IMG/VR virus record: IMGVR_UViG_3300045988_059606
Reading direction: 5' to 3' (one strand)
DNA: 39,305 bases
From: a virus
Below are positions 32,771 through 39,305 of the stretch, one piece after another. The translations under genes were made by a program, and so were the position numbers. The first letter of the stretch is position 1. Each line of letters starts with the position of its first letter. The notes below the pieces were generated by a model. It made no database searches. It worked only from the letters and a program-made list of their open reading frames with translations, and had not been told where the DNA came from.

Positions 32771-32924
32771 AGAAAAATAGCGCCGCGCGTTACACTCCTC
32801 GACTTGCTACTAAATGTATTCGCAGCAATGTTTATTTTGCCTTTCGGCAGGGGAAAGCGCCCCTTATCTTCTCTCCGTGCTGCACGCCGGTATCGTGCCC
32901 CGGCGTGTTCTGACGTAATGAGAA

Positions 32925-33035
32925 AAGCGCAGAAAAAGCCCAAGTTGTCGTTGGCGTTGGATCGCGGGTTGTTCAAATTGCCGTTAGCCTCCCCGGCATT
33001 GCCCCCATTACCATAATTGCCGCCGCGGTTAAGCA
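32925..33035 (-). repeat. DGR template repeat (TR), non-coding
   Basis: 111-bp alignment to VR with 16 mismatches, all at plus-strand T (adenine on the coding strand). Contains 11 AAY codons in the VR frame. Confidence 0.9.
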
Positions 33036-33060
33036 ACCTAACGACGCTAACCCCATTTCT

Positions 33061-33465
33061 TTATTTTAATTTGTTAAGCCATGATCCCAAGATTTTACCT
33101 ATCTCTATAAGTTGTGCGCTCCAATGTAATTGTTGCTTTGACGCTATCAAAATAACTCTATTATCATATCCCGGATCTGACGCAATTAGTATTAGCTGCC
33201 GCAGGTTCTTTAACTCTGCGTCTGCCTCCTCTAATACTGCCTTTTTGTGTTCCTTTGCCATTGCTCGATTTATCAACCGCATTGCCTCAAACATTGACTT
33301 TTCAATTTGCGCCCCAATAGCGTTGCCAATTCTATATTTTCTCGGGAATTGTCCATTATTTAGCACACCGTTTCCGTAACTTATCATTTCGCGCATTTTC
33401 TTATAAAGTAATAGATCCTCTTTCGGATCCGGCGGTTTTGCATTTGCTCTGAAATTTCTTTGCAT
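33061..33465 (-). CDS. avd: Accessory variability determinant (Avd-like four-helix-bundle protein)
   Basis: 134 aa, basic and helical (FPRKYRIGNAIGAQIEKSMFEAMRLINRAM). Lies between the target gene and TR. Confidence 0.75.
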   Translation of the reverse strand: MQRNFRANAKPPDPKEDLLLYKKMREMISYGNGVLNNGQFPRKYRIGNAIGAQIEKSMFEAMRLINRAMAKEHKKAVLEEADAELKNLRQLILIASDPGYDNRVILIASKQQLHWSAQLIEIGKILGSWLNKLK

Positions 33466-33480
33466 ATTTCAACTCCAAAT

Positions 33481-33505
33481 AGGCTGCGCCCTCCCGGGCG
33501 CGCCT
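33481..33505 (-). other. GC-rich hairpin downstream of VR / target stop codon
   Basis: Arms 33481..33491 and 33496..33505 form 10 bp with one bulged T. The 4-nt loop reads GGGA on the coding strand. Confidence 0.55.
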
Positions 33506-33517
33506 GCAAGATAAAAG

Positions 33518-34570
33518 TTACTTAAGATCCTCCGGATCATAATAAGCGCAGAAAAAGCCCAAGTAGTCGTAGGCGATGGATCGCGGGCCGTCCAAAGAGC
33601 CGCGAGCCTCCCCGGCATGGCCCCCAGCACCATAATCGCCGCCGCGGAAAAGCACCCTCTCTCCGTTGTTTCTGAACCAAAAACCGCCGTGTCCTGTTGC
33701 ACTTGTCGCCATTGGGTAAATAGCAAGTGCCTTAAGTACATCCGGAATGTTAACGCCGCTCTTTACTTTCATGCTTGCAAAGTCGCAATATCCATACGCG
33801 TTATCATTTTCCTGCTGATGTTCTATCGTTGTAGAAATATAGAAATTTCCGGTACCTGCTGCCGGTGTTCCCGAATAGTCAAATTTAAGTGTTCCTGCCG
33901 TTCCCGGCGCAACCAATGATCCGTCCGGTAAAATTGCTTTCCACGCTGCGCTATTGGCGCTCTGATCCGTTCCGGTAATTGCCGCGTTATTGTCCGCGAT
34001 AACTTGTAATTCTCCGTTGTAAAGTCTGAAACCTCCAAGCCATTTGTTTACATTCCCTACAAAGTCGTTAATACCGCCTCCCTGCATATCTGTACTCCAT
34101 GACTTGTCGCCGGTTCCGGTTAACGTTCTATTTCCTCCTGCTGACATTACGCCTCTTTCGTATGCGTGTACGTGGCTCTTGCCCTGCGCGGTATTCCCTC
34201 TTGGGTGTATATCTGCCGCTGTTAACAGATTGTGCACTAACCCCCATTCCGCAGCCGTCATAAGGTGGAAACCTGCGCCGTTATTTTCGCAATATTGCTT
34301 TGCTTGATCGAAATTAACGTTTACCGCCGGTTCTTGGTTTGGCAGGCTATACGCTCTACCGCCTTTTACCGTTGAAATGTATGCTGGTAAATAGATCTTT
34401 GGCAAGATTTTGTCGTTAATCTTAAATGCCGGGTGTGGTACGTGTGCGGATCCGATACCCAAATCGTCCATGTATCTTAATGCGTATTCCTCGAATACAA
34501 GTGGCAGTCCTTTATCGTTCAAAATTATTTTCTGTTTTGCCTGCGCCTTAAGATCTTCGTAATTACTCAT
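33518..34570 (-). CDS. DGR target: tail-fibre-associated receptor-binding protein with FGE-sulfatase/C-type-lectin fold
   Basis: PAVNVNFDQAKQYCENNGAGFHLMTAAEWG; C-terminal VR. GGAGG site before the ATG at 34570. Confidence 0.85.
   Translation of the reverse strand: MSNYEDLKAQAKQKIILNDKGLPLVFEEYALRYMDDLGIGSAHVPHPAFKINDKILPKIYLPAYISTVKGGRAYSLPNQEPAVNVNFDQAKQYCENNGAGFHLMTAAEWGLVHNLLTAADIHPRGNTAQGKSHVHAYERGVMSAGGNRTLTGTGDKSWSTDMQGGGINDFVGNVNKWLGGFRLYNGELQVIADNNAAITGTDQSANSAAWKAILPDGSLVAPGTAGTLKFDYSGTPAAGTGNFYISTTIEHQQENDNAYGYCDFASMKVKSGVNIPDVLKALAIYPMATSATGHGGFWFRNNGERVLFRGGDYGAGGHAGEARGSLDGPRSIAYDYLGFFCAYYDPEDLK
33544..33654 (-). repeat. DGR variable repeat (VR) at the 3' end of the target gene
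   Basis: Offset of 619 nt from TR. Encodes LFRGGDYGAGGHAGEARGSLDGPRSIAYDYLGFFCA, versus LNRGGNYGNGGNAGEANGNLNNPRSNANDNLGFFCA in TR. Confidence 0.9.
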
Positions 34571-34913
34571 TGATATATACCTCCTCAATACTCCAAAGTG
34601 TTAATGTGCATTTTGAAATGTCGAACGCTCTTTCTTTCGGTACTGTTCCCATTTCTCCGGTTTCTTCGTTTTCCTGCTCTACGTAGTCGTACTCCTTTGG
34701 TGGAATTGTTACTTGTGCAACATAATTTTTACCCAATCCCATTACCAAGTTTCCGTCGTCGTCTGCGCAAATATCTTTTGTTATTTCTGTGTCACTCTGA
34801 TATTTAGGCAATCTAATAGCAATCTGATCTCCTAACCAAAGTGTTGTGCCCTCCACTTCGTAGCCGATCTTTTCGCCCTTGTTTTTCTCAATTACCTTGA
34901 TTGTTTTAGACAT
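34563..34913 (-). CDS. Hypothetical tail-fibre-associated protein
   Basis: 116-aa ORF translationally coupled to the target gene (ATGAGTAA overlap). Confidence 0.55.
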   Translation of the reverse strand: MSKTIKVIEKNKGEKIGYEVEGTTLWLGDQIAIRLPKYQSDTEITKDICADDDGNLVMGLGKNYVAQVTIPPKEYDYVEQENEETGEMGTVPKERAFDISKCTLTLWSIEEVYINE

Positions 34914-35403
34914 TATACATACCTCCTAATGCAAAATACTTAACCGTTACTCCTGCTGCCGGGCAATCTTCTACCTCGATCTTAAAGCCGTTTAACTGTC
35001 TGTCTTTAACTCTGATCGCTTTTCCTTGCACTACGTCGTCGCAATACGGAATAACCATATAGTCTAATGTGTTGCGCTGCGTTTTAAGCGCTACTGTTGC
35101 GCTTGCGGTGTTAAATGGGTATTTCTCCGTTGTTGAGATTTTGACGGATCCAACCTCTACGTATGTATTGGCTAAATCTCTGTTTGCCTGCCTCATTTGA
35201 ACCGCCAAAAGATCTGCCATAACGATTGCCTCGTTTACTCCGTGTTCTAATGGGTTAAACGTCGCCCCACTTAACGGCGTTCCCGGCTCAATGATTTCTC
35301 CGGGCATTGGTAATAACGTTATAGTGCCGTCGCTATTCTGTACCATTTTGTAAGTATTACTTAACGACGTCCTGCGATCCTTAAACTCCAAAAAATCAAA
35401 CAT
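34906..35403 (-). CDS. Short tail fibre / fibre-connector protein
   Basis: GTPLSGATFNPLEHGVNEA resembles the GTPLnaxnLNxxexG motif found in Firmicute prophage fibres. Confidence 0.5.
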   Translation of the reverse strand: MFDFLEFKDRRTSLSNTYKMVQNSDGTITLLPMPGEIIEPGTPLSGATFNPLEHGVNEAIVMADLLAVQMRQANRDLANTYVEVGSVKISTTEKYPFNTASATVALKTQRNTLDYMVIPYCDDVVQGKAIRVKDRQLNGFKIEVEDCPAAGVTVKYFALGGMYNV

Positions 35404-35416
35404 TGCGCCTATCCTC

Positions 35417-35710
35417 CTATCCGTCTGTTTCTGTTACCGAAAAGGTAATCTTAATGCCTATCGTTGTTGTTGCTAAAGTGTCTTTCTTTGTGTTGTATGA
35501 TCTGCTTACTAACACTTTGTTGTTGACGTCGTAAAGCGTTGCATTTGTGATCGTGCCGTTAATACTGTCATTTCCGTAAATATACACTGTAAAGCCGTCT
35601 GTATTGCCTACGATCTGCCCTATCGTGGCGTCGTAGGTTTTGCCCCCTATGGTATAGGTTGCTCGTTTAATGATCTGTTTTGCATATGCTATTAACTCGT
35701 CTTTTAACAC
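35417..35710 (-). CDS. Hypothetical tail protein
   Basis: 97-aa ORF in the baseplate/fibre module. Confidence 0.5.
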   Translation of the reverse strand: MLKDELIAYAKQIIKRATYTIGGKTYDATIGQIVGNTDGFTVYIYGNDSINGTITNATLYDVNNKVLVSRSYNTKKDTLATTTIGIKITFSVTETDG

Positions 35711-35712
35711 GT

Positions 35713-36468
35713 CTATGCCTCCTCTCCTGCGTATTCTTCTCCGCTACGTGCAACCTGTGCTATGCTCGCGCTTTGTGTCTGTGTCAAGTTAACCTGCACG
35801 CCCTCCGTTGTAAACGTCGGTTGTGTCGTAACCTCGTCAACTGCTGCGCCGCAAATTGTTTGTCCCGCTGCCGTTACCGGGTTTATATTACAAAAACCGC
35901 TTACATTGATGTTATAAGCGGTTTTGGTAACTCTTGTTATTTGGTTTTCATTTCCGCAGGTCTCTTGGTCTCCTGCTGCCCTATCGTACATTTGGTATAT
36001 CTTGCTGCAAATGTTAATACCTATGTTGTAGGTTCTTTGTAGTAAAAAATCATAATATATATTTAATGGTATCTTTTCGTCTAGGATCCCATATACAGTT
36101 TGTAGGCTGCTTGCGTCCGCATTTAACACTATTGTTAATTCGTCGTTGTCAAAATCCTTAATCAACTCTGTTACTGCTGAATAATTTGATATGATACTCA
36201 TTATAAGCGCCGTTGTTACTTTGCTCTTGTTTGCCCGGGATAACACATTTAATCGCCTATCCTCTAGGGTGTCCGTTGGTTTTGGCGTTATTTTTAACTC
36301 TTTCTCAAATCTTTCTATTCCCTCCTCATTTGCAAGTAAGATAAACATATTTGCTAATATCTGATCTACTTGTTGTGCTAATAAGTCAAATTCCGGCTGC
36401 TCTGCGGCGCATATTTCTTTCATTTCACGAATTTGGCGGACTACCGGTGGTAAATACTCAACTAACAT
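35713..36468 (-). CDS. XkdU/YmfQ-like baseplate protein (DUF2313, P2 gpI-like)
   Basis: YLPPVVRQIREMKEICAAEQPEFDLL...NEEGIERFEKELKITPKPTDTLEDRR. Confidence 0.7.
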   Translation of the reverse strand: MLVEYLPPVVRQIREMKEICAAEQPEFDLLAQQVDQILANMFILLANEEGIERFEKELKITPKPTDTLEDRRLNVLSRANKSKVTTALIMSIISNYSAVTELIKDFDNDELTIVLNADASSLQTVYGILDEKIPLNIYYDFLLQRTYNIGINICSKIYQMYDRAAGDQETCGNENQITRVTKTAYNINVSGFCNINPVTAAGQTICGAAVDEVTTQPTFTTEGVQVNLTQTQSASIAQVARSGEEYAGEEA

Positions 36469-37525
36469 TTGTTACCTCCCCTCTCGTCGGGATCTCGTAG
36501 GCTCCAAGTGTTATATTGTCTGTTAAGCCGTTTAAGTTTAATTCCTGCACATCTACTACGCCCGGCACACTCGCCATTGCCTCTGCAACTCTTAAGGCTC
36601 TGACCGTTAAATTATCCTCGCTCTCCCAAGTTTTGTTTAATTCTGTGAAATATTTTTCTATTTCCTGCTCGATCGCCGCTTTTACGTCGTCAAACTTAGT
36701 GCCGCTTTGCATTGTTATTTTTGCACTTACATTTATTGTTACCGCGGTTACCGGGTGTATATCTACTATATGCCAAAACGGTGCCTCTCCCTCTCCGTCT
36801 CCCTGCTTTCCGATAGGATCTATTGTTGTCTGTACCAAATTAACAACCTCTACGTTTGGTACGCCCCACGTTGACGACATAATATAAGCGTCTATTCTTT
36901 TATGTGTCTTGGTTACCCTCACTAACTTAACTGCTGCAACTCCGGTAATGCTTGTTATCTTTGTTTTATACGACGCTCGGTTGCCGCTCATTACGCTTTC
37001 TGTGCGCTTTTCTGCTAAATATCTTTCGCGGTAAACTTCTGTGTCCTCGTCGTCCTTTGCCTCCTCGATCAATTCCACTAACTCGCCCTCTATTGTCTCG
37101 CTAATAAACTCGATCGGTAATAATTCGTCCTCTGGTTTTGTATTGCCCTCTGATCCTAATTGTTCGCATTGCAAGTAGTAATTTAACGCGCTCGCCTGCC
37201 GCGTACTGATAAATGTTAGGTCTCCACACTCAAAACGCTCCCCTACCTCGAAATCCTCGTTAAATCTCGCAAGCCATACCGCAGCCGTCGCGGTTTTAAT
37301 TGGTATATTATCTTGTGTTCCGAAAATAATTAAATGTTCTCTATCGCAGGTTAGCGGGCTGCCGTTCTCGTCTGCAACTTCCAAATTGCTATATAATTCC
37401 TCTATTTCCGCCGCTGCCGGTGCTAATGCGAATGCGGTTAAGGTTCCCTCGTCTTTGGATATATCCGCGCTTATTCTGTCTTTCATATCCTCTAACACGG
37501 TGTCGTAGTCTTTGTTGTATTCCAT
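36458..37525 (-). CDS. Baseplate J-like protein (XkdT-like)
   Basis: 355 aa; synteny between XkdS-like and XkdU-like genes. Confidence 0.75.
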   Translation of the reverse strand: MEYNKDYDTVLEDMKDRISADISKDEGTLTAFALAPAAAEIEELYSNLEVADENGSPLTCDREHLIIFGTQDNIPIKTATAAVWLARFNEDFEVGERFECGDLTFISTRQASALNYYLQCEQLGSEGNTKPEDELLPIEFISETIEGELVELIEEAKDDEDTEVYRERYLAEKRTESVMSGNRASYKTKITSITGVAAVKLVRVTKTHKRIDAYIMSSTWGVPNVEVVNLVQTTIDPIGKQGDGEGEAPFWHIVDIHPVTAVTINVSAKITMQSGTKFDDVKAAIEQEIEKYFTELNKTWESEDNLTVRALRVAEAMASVPGVVDVQELNLNGLTDNITLGAYEIPTRGEVTNVS

Positions 37526-37953
37526 TACGCTACCTCCGTTTCGTATGTTTCGCTTATTTCTTCCTCGTATATTGTGGTTACTATTACCGTTGCGCTTAAT
37601 CGCCCTAATTTATATGTTGCATTTTCTACAGCCACGCTTTCTATATACTCATTTACCAATAAGCATTCCTCTATCATTCTGCTTATTTCGCTTTCTAAGT
37701 GTTCTGCGCTATATCCTTTTCCGTATAATTCCTCTATTTCGCTGCCGTATTCCCAACTACAAATAAAATAGCGGTATCTTGCCACCTGCAACGCTATATA
37801 GATCCATACTTTTATAGCCTCTGCACCCTCTACTATTGTTCCGGTTAATTGTCCGGTGGTAAAATCAATTCCAAATTCTCGCGGCGTTTCTAATTCCTCC
37901 GCTAATTCTTCTACTATTTCCTCGTCCTCTATATATGCAGGAAATAAACCCAT
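37525..37953 (-). CDS. XkdS-like baseplate protein (DUF2634, gp25/W-like)
   Basis: REFGIDFTTGQLTG...AIKVWIYIALQVARYRY. Confidence 0.65.
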   Translation of the reverse strand: MGLFPAYIEDEEIVEELAEELETPREFGIDFTTGQLTGTIVEGAEAIKVWIYIALQVARYRYFICSWEYGSEIEELYGKGYSAEHLESEISRMIEECLLVNEYIESVAVENATYKLGRLSATVIVTTIYEEEISETYETEVA

Positions 37954-38325
37954 TTACACCACCTCCACCATTTTGTCTATAATTGCGTACTGTTCATCAC
38001 TTAGTCTATATACTAATACAATGTCGCCTTTTTTAAGTGCTCCGTGTACTTTTATTTTCGTATTCTTTGTTGTTAAATTTTCTACGTCGTGTTTATGCTG
38101 CGCATTTGTTGTGGTTGGCGCCGTTAATGTGCCTTTGTTTTCTATGTCTATTTTTATTTCGTAGTCCGTCAAATGCTCCGGTATTAGTAAATCGTCGGCG
38201 TCTAATTTCAGATCTCCCACCTTGCAGCTTGTCGCACTTGTCATTTCTCCTAATTGTAAAGAGGCAGGATTTTTAACCGCTCCCTGCTCTCTCATCATGT
38301 TTATGATACGTTCGTAGCCGTTCAT
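37954..38325 (-). CDS. XkdR-like baseplate spike/plug protein (DUF2577)
   Basis: 123 aa; GDIVLVYRLSDEQYAIIDK at the C-terminus; synteny. Confidence 0.6.
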   Translation of the reverse strand: MNGYERIINMMREQGAVKNPASLQLGEMTSATSCKVGDLKLDADDLLIPEHLTDYEIKIDIENKGTLTAPTTTNAQHKHDVENLTTKNTKIKVHGALKKGDIVLVYRLSDEQYAIIDKMVEVV

Positions 38326-38336
38326 TTCCTGCCTCC

Positions 38337-39305
38337 TTATTTCTTTACATTTGGGCTATATACATAGCCGCTTTTTCCTCCTGCGCTGCCGTGATACCAC
38401 GCCGTACCGCTTACATATTCGTACTTTCCGTCGCATACGAATTTATCGCCTTTTTTTAGCGTTGTAACACTTTTTGCGCTCCTGCCTGCCGCTGCACGCA
38501 TGATAGATTTTGTTGTTATTACCGTATAGGTTCCCGCTATGCTTTTGCTGCTGCCTTTTCCGGTTTTCTTCTTTTTCTCCGTGCTTTCCTCGTCTTTTTT
38601 ATCCATAACGTTCTTAAAGGATAATTCTAAACTCATTTTGTGTTGTCCGTTCTCCCATGTATGCGTATCGTTTTGGATCCAAAACACGCCTTTAAGCCCG
38701 GTTGCTGCGTCATGTACCTTAACCGCGTTTCCTGCTATACATTTTATATTTCCGCTTATCGCGTCAACATTCACTTTCTTTTCTATGCCGTTTAGCATAT
38801 TCTTAGCCGCTGTTTGCGCGTTTACGCCTTTCTCTTTTGTATATATACTTTGATATATACCATAGCGTTTTATGTGCCCGGCATTCTTCACGACGCCTAC
38901 TTGTTTTCCCTTGTCCGTGTATATTTTTACTTGGTCTACCATATTCTCTATACTCTCCTCATAAGACGCGGCAGACAAGTTTTTATACTCGTCCAATTCA
39001 TAATTGCTTACTGTTGTTCCTTTTGTCTTTACGCAAAATTTCTTTCCGTTCATGTATGCCATGTACTTTTTTCCGGTTGACTTAGCCGCTTTTGTGTATG
39101 CAGTCATAATAATATCGTATAGGCTACTATCGTCTATAATCAATTTCTTAATAACTTTCTTTGTTGCTACAATGGATCCGGTCGTTATTCCATACTTTTT
39201 GCATATCTCCTTTGTAATAGCCTCTGCCGTTTTATTCTTAAATTTTTGCTTATGGTTTATCCTTAACAAATGGTCTAAAAGATCGCGCGCCTTATATTGT
39301 ATAGT
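38337..39305 (-). CDS. C-terminal part of XkdQ-like hub protein (continuation of 1..335) ending in an SH3b-like domain
   Basis: The frame is continuous across the circular junction. C-terminus GTYTVITTKSIMRAAAGRSAKSVTTLKKGDKFVCDGKYEYVSGTAWYHGSAGGKSGYVYSPNVKK. Confidence 0.8.
   Translation of the reverse strand, partial: TIQYKARDLLDHLLRINHKQKFKNKTAEAITKEICKKYGITTGSIVATKKVIKKLIIDDSSLYDIIMTAYTKAAKSTGKKYMAYMNGKKFCVKTKGTTVSNYELDEYKNLSAASYEESIENMVDQVKIYTDKGKQVGVVKNAGHIKRYGIYQSIYTKEKGVNAQTAAKNMLNGIEKKVNVDAISGNIKCIAGNAVKVHDAATGLKGVFWIQNDTHTWENGQHKMSLELSFKNVMDKKDEESTEKKKKTGKGSSKSIAGTYTVITTKSIMRAAAGRSAKSVTTLKKGDKFVCDGKYEYVSGTAWYHGSAGGKSGYVYSPNVKK
39229..39305. repeat. Terminal direct repeat copy B
   Basis: Identical to 1..77. 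Confidence 0.95.

Larger units (their letters stand above)
31619..34570 (-). mobile_element. Diversity-generating retroelement cassette (target/VR - avd - TR - RT)
   Basis: All four canonical components are present and co-oriented. Confidence 0.9.
1..39305. mobile_element. Complete temperate contractile-tailed phage genome (PBSX/Xkd-like morphogenesis module), circularly closed; unique length 39228 bp
   Basis: Full packaging, head, tail, lysis, lysogeny and replication gene set. Ends are identical over 77 bp. A tail gene is continuous across the junction. Confidence 0.85.

Noticed and set aside
32925-33035. A second VR elsewhere in the genome matching this TR
   Set aside because: The invariant LGFFCA / gcagaaaaagcccaag end of the repeat was seen only at TR and at 33544..33654. 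A computational search is still advisable.
32767-33036. 89-aa ORF (MLNRGGNYGNGGNAGEANGNLNNPRSNANDNLGFFCA...)
   Set aside because: This is the DGR template repeat plus spacer read as protein. It begins at a non-ATG codon with no ribosome-binding site, and its similarity to the target C-terminus is the TR/VR relationship, not a paralogous gene.
33469-33741. 90-aa ORF overlapping VR, and the 61-aa ORF at 25531..25716
   Set aside because: These are alternative-frame shadows created by locally high GC in the VR and the VR-like segment.

Overview
The window is a complete, circularly closed temperate phage genome. The first 77 bp (1..77) are identical to the last 77 bp (39229..39305), so the unique length is 39228 bp, and one tail gene reads in frame across the junction. 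The phage has a PBSX/Xkd-like contractile tail and looks like it infects a low-GC Firmicute (GGAGG ribosome-binding sites; LysM, SH3b, SPOR and CHAP cell-wall modules). Almost all genes are on the minus strand. Reading down from the junction, the order is hub, LysM protein, tape measure, frameshifted chaperone pair, tube, sheath, head-tail joining proteins, HK97-type capsid, ClpP protease, portal, TerL, TerS and HNH. Next come a putative late regulator and small Cys-rich ORFs, then a replication/partition/accessory block: DnaQ-like exonuclease, ASCH, ParB-like, ParA, SSB, PAPS-reductase-like, split MazF, DUF2786, degenerate RNase H and HUH Rep. That is followed by the early operon and a back-to-back promoter switch. 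A short plus-strand lysogeny module (XRE repressor, moron, tyrosine integrase) ends at an attP-like repeat field. The lysis cassette (SPOR protein, CHAP-SH3b endolysin, holin) sits next to the tail-fibre/baseplate genes. The main finding is a complete diversity-generating retroelement (DGR) between the tail-fibre genes and the holin. It consists of an FGE/C-type-lectin-fold target gene with a C-terminal variable repeat (VR), an Avd-like gene, a template repeat (TR) and a DGR-type reverse transcriptase. TR and VR align over 111 bp with 16 mismatches, and every mismatch falls on a TR adenine inside one of 11 AAY codons. Other points worth follow-up: a consensus promoter plus intrinsic terminator bracketing a roughly 78-nt antisense RNA upstream of the HUH Rep gene; a MazF toxin gene split at a G6 tract that is also a -1 slippery heptamer; an orphan VR-like GC-rich C-terminus in an early gene; a canonical -1 frameshift in the tail chaperone; an EF-hand/dockerin-like duplication on the capsid C-terminus; an SH3b module shared by hub and endolysin; ParA/ParB together with an integrase; and roughly 5-6-fold over-representation of GGATCC. 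I saw no rRNA, tRNA or CRISPR array by eye. All homology calls come from motif recognition by eye, not database searches.
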